Source: a virus
Strand: one strand, 5' to 3'
Virus record (IMG/VR): IMGVR_UViG_3300017735_002163
Coordinates: 1 to 64,000 of that record
DNA length: 64,000 nt
Within the stretch, counting starts at the first letter, position 1, and each line of letters starts with the position of its first letter. Shown in pieces: positions 1-10,361 of this stretch. Made by a program: the position numbers and the translations under genes. The notes beneath the pieces were generated by a model. The model was not told the DNA's origin. It made no database searches and saw nothing but the letters and a program-made list of their open reading frames with translations.

Positions 1-6
1 TAATGG

Positions 7-504
7 TTATTTATTGTACTTAGACTTGCGGAGTCTGGATATGCCTGTTGTGTTGTCAGCGTCTTTGTACTTAGCGGCACCATGTGCTATGCCTTGTTTA
101 AATCCTTGTGGTGTACCTAAAACACCTGTATTTTTAGGAGCAGGGCCGCCTTTGAATGCATTCTGGTTACCTGCTTGGGCACCTCTACTTCTTGTTGGTA
201 GGTCAGTAGTTGGTTCCAGTTCATATGCCTTTCTTGCTTGTGACTTATTAGGTTCGGATTTTTTATCTTTATCTCTGATATTAAACCCTTGTTTTTTAAA
301 TGCCATTCTTATGGCTTTTGCTTGATTTTGTTGGGCAGTACTAAAGTAAAATGTTTGGGCATCAATGGTTGCTCGATTGGCATCTAAACCTAAGTAATCT
401 GGGTGTCTCTGACCGCTATTTGCTATAGTAATATCGTCTTCGATTTCTTTTTGTAAATCGAGGGCTATATTCATACTTTCTGTTATAATTTCATGTATTT
501 TCAT
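7..504 (-). CDS. Hypothetical protein, probably head-internal
   Basis: Start refined to MKIHEIITES (ATGA overlap with upstream stop); N-terminus resembles a T4 capsid-targeting/protease-cleaved leader. Confidence 0.6.
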   Translation of the reverse strand: MKIHEIITESMNIALDLQKEIEDDITIANSGQRHPDYLGLDANRATIDAQTFYFSTAQQNQAKAIRMAFKKQGFNIRDKDKKSEPNKSQARKAYELEPTTDLPTRSRGAQAGNQNAFKGGPAPKNTGVLGTPQGFKQGIAHGAAKYKDADNTTGISRLRKSKYNK

Positions 505-1238
505 TTCTTTGTCCTCGAGGCCCAATAATCTGCAATTCTTTTTATGCCGCCTGCACGTTTTTTATCTGGTTGTACACTTGGTGGAGAAACACGTCTGATA
601 ACATCTTTCTTTTCAGCACTGTTAGTATACTTTCTATATTTATACATTTTATTAAACGTTATTAATAACTCGCTGGTTCTACCTGTGCTTTTACCCAGCC
701 TACTCATTTCTTGACCTATTTGATGTAACAGTAATGACTTCTGGATGTCTTTTAAACGTTTCCATTCCAATGCCATTCTACGCCAACGTTTATATCTGCC
801 GTCATTGATATCTAATTGTGCTTCTAATCTAAACAAGTATGATTGTGCTTCACTTGGATCTGCTTTGCCTATAACAATCTTTCTTAAAAATTCAATGTGC
901 TTTCTATCCTGAAATGATAATCTATTTAAAAATGCTTTACTTGGTATTTCATTACGCATTTTTACATAGTCATTGCTTGGATTTTTTATCTGGTATGCTA
1001 ACATGTAAATGTCAGTTGCATGTGTTCTAAATAAGGAATATGTTGAGTACTGTGTTGATGCTCTTGCATAGTCTCTGGCATATCCGGATTGCTTATTGTC
1101 TGAGGAAAATATAAACAGCGATATGGTGTTTAAGTATAATAAGTTTGCTATGTCTTTGCCATCAAGAGTACTAAACTTACGAGTGCCTCTAAACAAACGT
1201 GCTTCGGATAATTCTTGATCTATAAGTTGGAAATCCAT
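501..1238 (-). CDS. Hypothetical phage protein
   Basis: Long ORF; likely start MDFQLIDQELSE just after the upstream stop. Confidence 0.7.
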   Translation of the reverse strand: MDFQLIDQELSEARLFRGTRKFSTLDGKDIANLLYLNTISLFIFSSDNKQSGYARDYARASTQYSTYSLFRTHATDIYMLAYQIKNPSNDYVKMRNEIPSKAFLNRLSFQDRKHIEFLRKIVIGKADPSEAQSYLFRLEAQLDINDGRYKRWRRMALEWKRLKDIQKSLLLHQIGQEMSRLGKSTGRTSELLITFNKMYKYRKYTNSAEKKDVIRRVSPPSVQPDKKRAGGIKRIADYWASRTKK

Positions 1239-1239
1239 A

Positions 1240-2511
1240 TTATGCACCAGGCTTTCCTGATCCAAAGTTTAGTCTGCTAAACTCTAACCTATCAACAAGT
1301 TTTAGTGCATTGCCTACTCTGTCGACAGCAACAAAACCTTCTTCACTGGTTACTTCATATCCATCGCCAGTTTCAACAAATGTATCCATTTGACGTATTT
1401 GTTCTAACTTCTTAACAATAATGACTTTAGACTCAATTAACTTCAAGTACAAATCATACACTGCAACAATACCTGGTACATGCTCTTTGATAAATTTAAC
1501 ACCTTGTACAAGTTTTTCTGTCATTTCGTCTTGCTTTGCTTGAGTCTTGTAACCGTCTATTTTCTTTTGCATAAAATTTATGTACTTTTGTACAAAACCT
1601 TTTGCAAACACAGTTGGATTATCAAACGCTCCTGCTCTGATGTTATTGTTCACATGTGCTTTGAGCTGTTGTAAAAATTCTTTACCTATTAGATCGTTGC
1701 CTTTCTCTAACCAAGCAAATGTTTCAGCGTCAATGCTTTTTAAATATGTAGCCGCTTCTTGTATTGAGTTTTTCATAGCAACACTTTCTTCTTTGGTCAT
1801 AGTGACTGTGCCGCTTAAATCTTTTATTAGTGCATCTCTGTGCCACACACTTGGTGTTTGCCCTAACACACTGCTGTCAAAACCAAACTTTGCTGACGTA
1901 TCTGCCAGTGTTGGACCACCTGCATATTCTGTGTGCCACACAATTCCCATTTCAGCACTGCTGATTTGTCCTGCTAACTCTGAGTTTGAAGGTACAGTAT
2001 AAACAATGGTATTTGGTTTGAACGCAATTACTTCATCACCGTCTATGGTTGTTTTCATTAAGTCTTCTTTGGTGAACAACATATCGCCTTGTGCAACTGT
2101 GTTCCATGTTAATTTACTTAAATGTGTTAATGCACTGATTAACTTTTGCTGTAAGCCTTCTGCAGGGTGATTTTCTTTGATATCTGCTACTGTGAAATTC
2201 ATTTTAGGCTTACGTGCAAACACACCTTTGGTGCCTACAAAGAATTTACCACTTTGCGGATCTCTGCCTGCTATAATGGCAGGAGCACCGTCCCACTTGG
2301 TTGTCATACTTACTGGTGCTTTTGTGTTGCCTTCAAGCATTTCATGTAAACTGTACAAGTAGTCTACTGCTTCCTTGGCGCCTTTATAGCCTTTGTTAAA
2401 AATATTATCTTCGAGATGTTCGAGGTGAGTGTTTTTACCTTCTGCTTCTTGTAGTGCAGACTCTGTGAGTATGCCTGTAACAAGTGGTTTAGAAAGTTCT
2501 ACAAATTTCAT
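1240..2511 (-). CDS. Ligase-like nucleotidyltransferase-fold protein (DUF6267-like) of T4-like phages
   Basis: KNTHLEHLED; TTKWDGAP (KxDG motif I), QGDMLF, EEGFVAVD (motif IV), LKLV (motif V). Confidence 0.65.
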   Translation of the reverse strand: MKFVELSKPLVTGILTESALQEAEGKNTHLEHLEDNIFNKGYKGAKEAVDYLYSLHEMLEGNTKAPVSMTTKWDGAPAIIAGRDPQSGKFFVGTKGVFARKPKMNFTVADIKENHPAEGLQQKLISALTHLSKLTWNTVAQGDMLFTKEDLMKTTIDGDEVIAFKPNTIVYTVPSNSELAGQISSAEMGIVWHTEYAGGPTLADTSAKFGFDSSVLGQTPSVWHRDALIKDLSGTVTMTKEESVAMKNSIQEAATYLKSIDAETFAWLEKGNDLIGKEFLQQLKAHVNNNIRAGAFDNPTVFAKGFVQKYINFMQKKIDGYKTQAKQDEMTEKLVQGVKFIKEHVPGIVAVYDLYLKLIESKVIIVKKLEQIRQMDTFVETGDGYEVTSEEGFVAVDRVGNALKLVDRLEFSRLNFGSGKPGA

Positions 2512-3116
2512 TACTTAATACCTGCTAACAGTTTTAGTTCTTCTAATTCTTTGCTTTGCATTAAGTTACTTTTGCCTGTGGCTAACCAAGCAACTACTAA
2601 CTGTTTTACATCAAAGCCTTGGTCGCGATATTTCATTATGCTTCTTCCTGCAAGTGCATACTGATCTTTGTTTAGTTTTCCAGCCTTAATAGCCTGTTGT
2701 ATTTTAGCAGTTTTATCAGCCGGTAATACGTTAGTTGCAGGAGTTTGACTTTGTTGTCTCAAACGTCCTTTAAGCATACCAATTTGCTTGTCAAGTTCTG
2801 GTTTCTGTGATTGGTCGTATTTTTTATCTGGTGTTGGTGCTACTTTATCAGCAACCCAATCCACTGCGTCTGAGCCGCCTTTCTTTAATTTATTGAGTCT
2901 ATCTGCTGTACTGCTAACTGATTTCTTTATGCGATCAGTTACACTGGCTTTAGGTTCACCTACTTTTCTATCTTTACCGAGAATGGCTTGACCAATTTTT
3001 GATTTAAAATCAAATCGCTCATCGTCCATACCTTTACGAGCATACCCTGATTTGAAGGTATCCCAGGCTTGTCTACGTAGAGTCTGTTGTGTTTTAGGTT
3101 TCTTTGTTTTGGCCAT
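2511..3116 (-). CDS. Basic hypothetical protein
   Basis: 201-aa ORF ending ELKLLAGIK; stop/start overlap with neighbour. Confidence 0.7.
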   Translation of the reverse strand: MAKTKKPKTQQTLRRQAWDTFKSGYARKGMDDERFDFKSKIGQAILGKDRKVGEPKASVTDRIKKSVSSTADRLNKLKKGGSDAVDWVADKVAPTPDKKYDQSQKPELDKQIGMLKGRLRQQSQTPATNVLPADKTAKIQQAIKAGKLNKDQYALAGRSIMKYRDQGFDVKQLVVAWLATGKSNLMQSKELEELKLLAGIK

Positions 3117-3372
3117 CAGTTTTCCCTTGTGATTCTTTAATCACTTTCTTTATACCTCGGGAGAACTTATTAGCATCTTTACCACGTATGCTGTTAATTA
3201 ATCTATTTGTTAGATCTTTAGCAATTTTTTCATCGTAGTTTTTTTCTATCTGCTCAATAAGATTGATTGCACTGTTAATAACATGCTCGCCTCTATTCTC
3301 AACCACAAAATCTTTATTCCTGTCTACAGAAATGCTGTTGAGTTCCTCTAAAATGCTACGTGACCTACGCAT
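3094..3372 (-). CDS. Hypothetical late protein
   Basis: 92 aa; GATAAATA late-type motif about 30 nt upstream. Confidence 0.7.
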   Translation of the reverse strand: MRRSRSILEELNSISVDRNKDFVVENRGEHVINSAINLIEQIEKNYDEKIAKDLTNRLINSIRGKDANKFSRGIKKVIKESQGKTDGQNKET

Positions 3373-3408
3373 ATCAATTCCCTTATTATATAGTACTACG
3401 AGTATTTA

Positions 3409-4788
3409 TCACTTTTTGTTCTTTAAGAAGTCCATCAACTGCAAACTATCAGACACTGTGCCTTGTGCATCATCTGTTTCTGCTTTTATACTGCTTGAAC
3501 GTTTCAGTGAATCCATTAAACTGTTTGTTGTTACTGTCATTGCATCTTCGTCATCTTCGCTGAGATCTTCAATACGCAATGTATCTGGGTCAAATTTTAA
3601 ATCTACTTTACTTCCTACACCACTACTTGAACGTGTTTTCATAAACTGTATTTGATATCTACCACGTTCACGCATAGCATTACTTGTAAAGATACCAACA
3701 ACATTATCTGCTGTATTAATCTTACTAATACCACCTGCAATGTGACTGTGGTCAAATTCTATTTCTTCTACAGCACTTCTGCCTAACTGAGAAGCAGTTA
3801 CTAACAACATATTACGTTCCATTGCAAGGTTACGTAATTCTTCTGATATGTATTTGTCTTTAACAAACAAGTTTTCTGCAGATATCTTTGCACTAATAGG
3901 CATCATTAAGTCCAAGTAATCAACTAACAATGCATCTACCTTTACACCTGATTGTATTTCATACTCTCGTAAAAACGCTCTTATATCATTACAATTAACA
4001 CCACTTGGCATTTGTTTTACTCTAAACTTACCTGCGCCTTTACCTTTCATAACTACTTTTAAATGCACATCATCCATGTTACGCATGATTTCTTTAGCGG
4101 CGTACCCGCTAACCATACCATCGAGCCTCATACTAATAAGTTGTTCACTGAGTTCTAAACTGATGTAAACAACATTAAGTCCTGCTAAACTCCAGTTTAC
4201 ACCAAAGTTTTGTAAGAATAAACTTTTACCTGCTCCTGAGCCTCCTGCGAAAATTGTTATTTCGCCTCTGTTCAGTCCACCGTAAAGTTTCTGATCTATT
4301 CCTTTCCAGCCTGTGCTTACGGCGCCTGCCTGTGCTTTTATCCATTCTAATCGCTCTTTTGGGTTATCAAAGTAATCTAAACCTAAATCTTTTACTAAGC
4401 CTGTCTGTACAGCATCTTTGATCTTTTGTTCTACTGTGCCATAATCTTTTGCTTCAAGCAAATCAGTACTTTCGATGATTGCTTTTTCAAGTGCTTTATG
4501 CCTACAAAAAGTTTCAAACTCATCCATAAACCAATTATGATGATCTGGTGTTACATTTTCGATCAGTTCAAACTTAACTGGACTAATAGCATTAACTTGT
4601 TCTAATGTAGGAACAGCATTATGATTAGTTGCATGACTAATCATTAATTCTACTGCCGCTTTATACTTTAAATTAAAGTGATCAGGGTGTACAATGTTTT
4701 GACATCTTGCAAACAAATCTCCATCGCTTAATAAAAACTTAATAAAAAGTTCTTGTACATCATCTGTATATTGTTTAATGTCTGTCAT
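3409..4788 (-). CDS. 41: Replicative DnaB-like helicase (T4 gp41-like)
   Basis: GGSGAGKS Walker A, YISLEL, VDYLDLM, TASQLGR, KTRSS. Confidence 0.95.
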   Translation of the reverse strand: MTDIKQYTDDVQELFIKFLLSDGDLFARCQNIVHPDHFNLKYKAAVELMISHATNHNAVPTLEQVNAISPVKFELIENVTPDHHNWFMDEFETFCRHKALEKAIIESTDLLEAKDYGTVEQKIKDAVQTGLVKDLGLDYFDNPKERLEWIKAQAGAVSTGWKGIDQKLYGGLNRGEITIFAGGSGAGKSLFLQNFGVNWSLAGLNVVYISLELSEQLISMRLDGMVSGYAAKEIMRNMDDVHLKVVMKGKGAGKFRVKQMPSGVNCNDIRAFLREYEIQSGVKVDALLVDYLDLMMPISAKISAENLFVKDKYISEELRNLAMERNMLLVTASQLGRSAVEEIEFDHSHIAGGISKINTADNVVGIFTSNAMRERGRYQIQFMKTRSSSGVGSKVDLKFDPDTLRIEDLSEDDEDAMTVTTNSLMDSLKRSSSIKAETDDAQGTVSDSLQLMDFLKNKK

Positions 4789-5642
4789 TCTACTGGTGCC
4801 TCTGCTCGTTCATTAATTAAATTTACCCAATTACGTCTCAGTATAATGTTTTTTTCGATCTCATCAGCAAATAATTGCTGTGCTTCTGCTGTATAACTCA
4901 TACCTAAATCAGTTTTAGTAATGTAGTCTAAAATCTCTACAATGTGATAACGTGTTTTAATTAACCCTTCAAAAGTTTTATTATGGCAAGATTCTCTGCC
5001 AACAATCTTATTTGCATCATCGAGCCCACGCAACAACGGATCGCCTGTTAATGTAGCAGTCTTTGATGCTGACAAGAAACAAAAATTATCTAAGTAGCCT
5101 GATCTATATCTCAATGTGTGTTCAAGCAAAATAATATTTTTTAAGAACTCCTGATATACAGTACTTGGAGTATAGAGAGTTTCTCTTAATACGTCTATGT
5201 TTTTTACTTTATCAGTAATAAGTTTTTGGACATCTTTTGATAAGTCCTTGATAGAAATAACCTCACCATCTTTGCATAGTATAATACTGTTATCAGGTTG
5301 TACAAAAATCACAATACCATACGTTTCTTCGTGTAGTTCGATAACATGTGGATCTGGTAATTCAATTAAAAAATACCAACTTAGTCTTTCTTCATGTTGA
5401 TACTCTGGTGAGTTTACTAAGAAGTTTAACACATCTCTGAACACTTGTTGTATACTACAACCAGGAATACTCATGTTCCTAATTCTGCCATTTTTTGTTT
5501 TGCCAATTTTAATCAATTGTGGCCAGGCATACGGACATAGTTTTCTTTTTTCGTTTGTGTGCTTATCTCTGATTGTTGCAAAGTCCTGATTGCCTGATGT
5601 GGCGCTCGAACCATGAACATAAAATTTTATTTGTGGGTCCAT
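4785..5642 (-). CDS. Divergent SGNH-like hypothetical protein
   Basis: N-terminal HGSSATSG, WP, SIPGCS pattern; sits between primase and helicase. Confidence 0.45.
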   Translation of the reverse strand: MDPQIKFYVHGSSATSGNQDFATIRDKHTNEKRKLCPYAWPQLIKIGKTKNGRIRNMSIPGCSIQQVFRDVLNFLVNSPEYQHEERLSWYFLIELPDPHVIELHEETYGIVIFVQPDNSIILCKDGEVISIKDLSKDVQKLITDKVKNIDVLRETLYTPSTVYQEFLKNIILLEHTLRYRSGYLDNFCFLSASKTATLTGDPLLRGLDDANKIVGRESCHNKTFEGLIKTRYHIVEILDYITKTDLGMSYTAEAQQLFADEIEKNIILRRNWVNLINERAEAPVE

Positions 5643-6637
5643 TATATTTTTCCTGTGTCTGTATTTATAAGTTTGGCTTTTACCTGAGCTTTTATTTTGT
5701 TTCCTGTTGCACTGTGCATGATGCTGTATACTGTGGCAAGACGACCATATTTACTAACTGCGTCAGCGGCGTCTTTACAATCTACATGCCATTGCGGAAA
5801 ACTTACTTCCCAACCAAGTGCTAATGCTTGATCAATTAATTCTATGCCTGCTTTGTCTCTATCAGGGCATACTATTACCCTAAGTCCTAATTTATCTATA
5901 AGATGTGCCTGCTCTGGTGTAATAGTGTTACCCATAATGCTAACACCATCTACTAATATTGCATCAATTACACCCTCTGTGATAATCACTATGTCTCTGT
6001 CTGTGTCTACAAATTTGTCTATATTAAACACATACCCTGGTTGTAATTTTTGTAGATACTTTGGAGTTTCTTTATTAGGTGGTGCTACGTGCCTTCCTGT
6101 CCAGCCCACTAATTTATTATCGTACAAGAAAGGTATCATTACTCTTTTTCTGTTTGCAAAGTCTTTGAAATGCATTAACGGATATAAATCTAAAATACCT
6201 CTACTGATTGCATATTGTTTTAGTTCGTTTACATCACTTAAATTTTCTATTAGTTCAGTGCCTTCCGGTAACTCATACTCTTCAAATTTTGCAATATTGT
6301 AAACATAATTATTTAGATCTACATCCTCGAAGTCATCACTGAACTTCATTAGTTCAATTTGAGTATCATGTATTGCTTTTCTATCAGCACCTAATTTTTC
6401 TGCAAGTTCTTTATACTTTTTACCTAAGTAAGGACTCGGACTCCAGCCTGTAGTAAAGTTGCAATTAAAACAATGGAAACTTATCTTAGAACCGTTGGTG
6501 TTTAAACCACCACGTTTACGTTTATCACTACACATAGGACAATCCATGGTAATCCAACCACTTGGAGTCTTTGTAGTTTTTAACGGTAAATGGTCGAGTA
6601 ATAAACTATGTACTGAGCCAACAACTGTTTCTAACAT
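5642..6637 (-). CDS. 61: DNA primase (T4 gp61-like)
   Basis: Zn finger CPMC...HCFNC; GWTGR, PKY; TOPRIM TEGVIDA, PDRD, KDAAD. Confidence 0.93.
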   Translation of the reverse strand: MLETVVGSVHSLLLDHLPLKTTKTPSGWITMDCPMCSDKRKRGGLNTNGSKISFHCFNCNFTTGWSPSPYLGKKYKELAEKLGADRKAIHDTQIELMKFSDDFEDVDLNNYVYNIAKFEEYELPEGTELIENLSDVNELKQYAISRGILDLYPLMHFKDFANRKRVMIPFLYDNKLVGWTGRHVAPPNKETPKYLQKLQPGYVFNIDKFVDTDRDIVIITEGVIDAILVDGVSIMGNTITPEQAHLIDKLGLRVIVCPDRDKAGIELIDQALALGWEVSFPQWHVDCKDAADAVSKYGRLATVYSIMHSATGNKIKAQVKAKLINTDTGKI

Positions 6638-6643
6638 CTATAT

Positions 6644-6672
6644 ATTATACACTATCCTTTTACAAGTGTCAA
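6644..6672 (-). promoter_or_regulatory. Sigma70-type early promoter for primase (leaderless)
   Basis: TTGACA-17-TATAAT with ATG 6 nt after the -10 box. Confidence 0.8.
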
Positions 6673-6678
6673 GTATAA

Positions 6679-7833
6679 TTAGTTTCTCAGTTGTATTTTT
6701 TCTAAGGTTCCTGAAGTAGGCTTAGATACTAATCTTACCCAGTTGCAGTTAGTTTGGAAAGTTTCTGTGACCACGTTTGCATCAGGCTTTTTATATGTGT
6801 CTGCGCCTAACCCTAACTTGGTTACACTGTCGCCGGAAATACCAAAATGCATTCCTGCAAGTTGCAATTGATATGTTTTGGTGTTTGCTATTTCGGACTC
6901 AGTGCTTATAACACTTGCTACAACATTTGCATTTGTGTTAGCACCGTTGTTTATTAAATTTGCAACGTCTAATAATGTGGTTGCACCTACAAAAGATATC
7001 GTTTCTGTTCTATTGTCTGTGTCAATCTTTTCATAGTCAACAATGGTCATAGATGTTAATCCTAACGAAGTAACTCTGCCTGTGCTGGTTTGTATGTTGC
7101 TGTCAGTAACAATAACATTGCCCTTTACCAAATACTTGTCACTGATGTCTATTGTTTTAACTGTGTACCAATCAAAACTATCATCTTCTGTTGAAGGTGT
7201 AGCAGTTAAACTACTTGCTTGTAATTGAACTTGACCAGTGTACTGCTGAGGATATATTGCCACTGTGTGTTGTGCATTGGTAAAGTTTCTGTCTAAGTTA
7301 CCATACATAGCACTTGATACAAAAACATTTGATGCATCACCAGTAGATGTATTCTGCGTTTGGAAAAATGTTTTATCTTCCTGAGTAGGCACAGGTTGTA
7401 CACCAACTTGGTCTGTGACTTCAATGTCAAAACGTAAAGAATTATTTTGGTCTGTGTACACAGGTCTGTCAGTTAACTCATCAACCGAACGTGTGATGAA
7501 TACTTGATATAAACCTGGATCTATTTGAGCAAGATCTCCTTCACTAAGGACCAACTTAACCTTTCCAACTTCACTGGTGTCTTCGAGGATTCGTGTAATC
7601 AATCTCTTCTTGGTAGAAGGATTTACTAAGTATGCTCTCAGTGTTTCAGAAAATACATTTTGTAATTTTCTATCTCTATTTCTTATCTGGAAATAAATAT
7701 CATTAGTTACGCCCTTGTGGGCTTTTAAGTTTCTATTGTTCATTGGTCTGTTATCCACATATAAATCTCCTGCCATTATGACAAGATCTACTACATTTTC
7801 GTACAAATAAAGTCTATTGTCGCCGTTACTCAT
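6679..7833 (-). CDS. Probable virion structural protein (beta-rich)
   Basis: Start refined to MSNGDN, 5 nt after TAAATA; Thr/Ser/Asn-rich beta-strand composition. Confidence 0.6.
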   Translation of the reverse strand: MSNGDNRLYLYENVVDLVIMAGDLYVDNRPMNNRNLKAHKGVTNDIYFQIRNRDRKLQNVFSETLRAYLVNPSTKKRLITRILEDTSEVGKVKLVLSEGDLAQIDPGLYQVFITRSVDELTDRPVYTDQNNSLRFDIEVTDQVGVQPVPTQEDKTFFQTQNTSTGDASNVFVSSAMYGNLDRNFTNAQHTVAIYPQQYTGQVQLQASSLTATPSTEDDSFDWYTVKTIDISDKYLVKGNVIVTDSNIQTSTGRVTSLGLTSMTIVDYEKIDTDNRTETISFVGATTLLDVANLINNGANTNANVVASVISTESEIANTKTYQLQLAGMHFGISGDSVTKLGLGADTYKKPDANVVTETFQTNCNWVRLVSKPTSGTLEKIQLRN

Positions 7834-7838
7834 ACATG

Positions 7839-7862
7839 TATTTATCAGTCGAGTGATAAATA
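7839..7862. promoter_or_regulatory. Back-to-back late promoters (GATAAATA on both strands)
   Basis: tatttatc 7839-7846 and gataaata 7855-7862, each followed by an ATG 5-6 nt later. Confidence 0.75.
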
Positions 7863-7868
7863 TCTTAG

Positions 7869-8234
7869 ATGGTAGAAGCAAATGAATACTCCAACTTTGA
7901 GTTCCTAACTGGTATAACGTACGGTGGCAGAGAATATGTCGGCATAGTAGTTAATCAAGATGGTCAAATCCTCACATTTTACGATGTAGAGCAGATTCCA
8001 ACACCAGAAATAAAGAGAAATTTTTTAGAACTTGGCGAAATATGGTGGTGGGAAAGTAATAGACAATTACCAATTGATGTATTCTTACATTACGAAATGA
8101 AAGCATTCATGCCTTATCTAAGAACATTTGTAATGAAGGACGTGGAAATATTATTTGGTCCTGTGACCAGTTTGCAAAATTTACTAAAGAAAAGAATTAA
8201 ACGAAGAACAATTCAACTTATCAAGAAGACTTAG
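7869..8234 (+). CDS. Hypothetical protein (WWWESNR motif)
   Basis: 121-aa ORF with its own late promoter, convergent with the DnaE-like gene. Confidence 0.75.
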   Translation: MVEANEYSNFEFLTGITYGGREYVGIVVNQDGQILTFYDVEQIPTPEIKRNFLELGEIWWWESNRQLPIDVFLHYEMKAFMPYLRTFVMKDVEILFGPVTSLQNLLKKRIKRRTIQLIKKT

Positions 8235-8802
8235 CAGTCTCAACAATCAAATTCAACTGTACCGCAATAGTTAATGCATAAGCAATAGCATGACTCTTCT
8301 TAAAGAAGTATGTATCATCAGTTGGTCTCAACCATACATCCGATTCAATCTCTGCCCAACTCTTACCAACCAAATGTTTCTTACCTGGTCTAATAATTGC
8401 AAGTATCATTGCTAATTGCTCTACTGATTGCGGCTTATATTCTGCTACTAATTTTGCATAGTTATTAATATGGAATAGTTGCTCTACTATATCGCTATGT
8501 AGCAATAATTCCCACATAGGTTCTTTGCTGAGTAGTTGATTTAAGTGTGCTTCAGATTTAATATCTGTATACACACTATTGTTCAGTACATCAAGTTTAA
8601 ACCAACCATCTTCTTCTGCTGTTTTGTGATCTATGTTGCTGAAGTTTTCAATTGGTTTGAATGGAATATTTTGTAAGTAGACGCCAGTGTTGTGCTTAGT
8701 AAATTTACCATCTTTAACAATACTTGCAGGTATATGCTTGATAAACTTTAACAGTTCATCACGATTAGGCATATCAATGTCTACATCAAAATCAATCTTC
8801 AT
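8221..8802 (-). CDS. Minimal DNA polymerase III alpha (DnaE/C-family)-like protein
   Basis: DFDVDID, HNTGVY, KLDVL, AIIRPG, FKKSHAIAY match DnaE motifs; only 193 aa. Confidence 0.8.
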   Translation of the reverse strand: MKIDFDVDIDMPNRDELLKFIKHIPASIVKDGKFTKHNTGVYLQNIPFKPIENFSNIDHKTAEEDGWFKLDVLNNSVYTDIKSEAHLNQLLSKEPMWELLLHSDIVEQLFHINNYAKLVAEYKPQSVEQLAMILAIIRPGKKHLVGKSWAEIESDVWLRPTDDTYFFKKSHAIAYALTIAVQLNLIVETAKSS

Positions 8803-8809
8803 AATGATT

Positions 8810-8837
8810 ATTATAACACCTATTCATTTAATGTCAA
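8810..8837 (-). promoter_or_regulatory. Sigma70-type early promoter
   Basis: TTGACA-16-TATAAT, 7 nt before the ATG of the DnaE-like gene. Confidence 0.75.
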
Positions 8838-10328
8838 GTAATCAGTAGTGGTGTATATTTCTATATTACCATCTGTTGCAGTTGTTTCGCCAAACACAAC
8901 AACATCAACATAACCATCGCTGTTCATATCGTGTAGATAACCTTGTGCATTGTCCTGTACACCACTGTGACCCGGCATTGGCTCTTCAGCGTTTTCATAC
9001 ATTACAAACTTACTGCCGTTGTTTAAATACACCATTGGCTTACCACCAAATTGTCGCTCACCTCTACTGAACTCTGATATAACCACATCACTTAATCCGT
9101 CGTTGTTAATATCTCCGCATTCAAAGAAGTTTGCATTGTATTGATTAATTTCATTTACAAATGCATCTTCACGTTGTACTAATTTATTATCTACAATATC
9201 AAACACTAATAAGAATCTATGGTCGTCCATATCGTCAACATCATACGTTCCGCCTTCGTACACTTCTACTGTAGGCTTCCATCCATCAAACATAGCAATA
9301 ACAGAAGAGTCGTCCATAACACACATCTGGCTGGCCGCAATACCTAAATACTGCTCGCCATTAACCAACATCACATCCATTGGACCAACATCACCATTCC
9401 AATTGGTAACTGTGATAATAAACTCTGCTGGTGTTAAATAACTATCATCCATTGCCCAGTCTTCGTATTCTGTAAACAAACCAATACCACATGCTGGTGG
9501 TGTGTCATTACTTGTGAAAATACAAGTTGTACCAACAATCGAATCTGTACCAACAGTTTGAAAATCTGTTGACCAATGACTTGCTGGTTGATTTATTCCC
9601 ACAGGATATTCTTGTGTAGTAGATACCCATTCATTGTTTACTAATCTGTATGCCTGAAATTGGTCGCCACAATAGCCTCCAAACAATGCATCATCATATC
9701 CTTGATCGTTTGGCCTCGATTGTACTGCATGTCCCCAACAAGGTTGTCCAAACACACTGATGTCATATGTGTAATTTGCATTACTTAATAACACTGTTGG
9801 TTGAGCATCATACACTGACTCATTGTTTCTACCATCTTCCCAATTGGTTGCAAATGCATAATCATCTACACCATCGTTATTAAAGTCACCTACAGCATAT
9901 TTTCTACTTGCACCACTGATGCTTGGGTAACTCTCACCAAACACATCATAGTTCTCTACAGTAAATCCGCCAATGCCGTCACTAACCTGTGCAACAAGTA
10001 TATTAGGTGTAGCAGTAGTCTTCTCTGAATTAGTTGCTAAGTCGCACCAATAGACAACAATAAAGTCTGTGTACTCGTCATCATTTAACTTTGTGGGTAT
10101 TGCAAACTGTATGCTTGGCTCTAACGTTGTATCAGCAGTACACACATTGCTGTAATATGTATCTGGATCATATGCTACAAGTGGTTCAGCATTGTATAAT
10201 GGTGTTGGAGTTGAGGGTGGTGTAGGTGGTGTGAGTGGTTGTAACCCAACTGCTGGAGATGTCCCACTACCGCCACATGCGGTCAAGAACAATAAACTAA
10301 TACCTACACTGACTTTGCTAAAATTCAT
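8820..10328 (-). CDS. FG-GAP/VCBS-repeat lipoprotein
   Basis: Lipobox LTAC, Pro/Thr linker, repeats GDFNNDGVDD, GDINNDGLSD, DMNSDGYVD. Confidence 0.85.
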   Translation of the reverse strand: MNFSKVSVGISLLFLTACGGSGTSPAVGLQPLTPPTPPSTPTPLYNAEPLVAYDPDTYYSNVCTADTTLEPSIQFAIPTKLNDDEYTDFIVVYWCDLATNSEKTTATPNILVAQVSDGIGGFTVENYDVFGESYPSISGASRKYAVGDFNNDGVDDYAFATNWEDGRNNESVYDAQPTVLLSNANYTYDISVFGQPCWGHAVQSRPNDQGYDDALFGGYCGDQFQAYRLVNNEWVSTTQEYPVGINQPASHWSTDFQTVGTDSIVGTTCIFTSNDTPPACGIGLFTEYEDWAMDDSYLTPAEFIITVTNWNGDVGPMDVMLVNGEQYLGIAASQMCVMDDSSVIAMFDGWKPTVEVYEGGTYDVDDMDDHRFLLVFDIVDNKLVQREDAFVNEINQYNANFFECGDINNDGLSDVVISEFSRGERQFGGKPMVYLNNGSKFVMYENAEEPMPGHSGVQDNAQGYLHDMNSDGYVDVVVFGETTATDGNIEIYTTTDYLTLNE

Positions 10329-10361
10329 GAATATCCTACCTTTCGTAAATTATTAGTGTAT

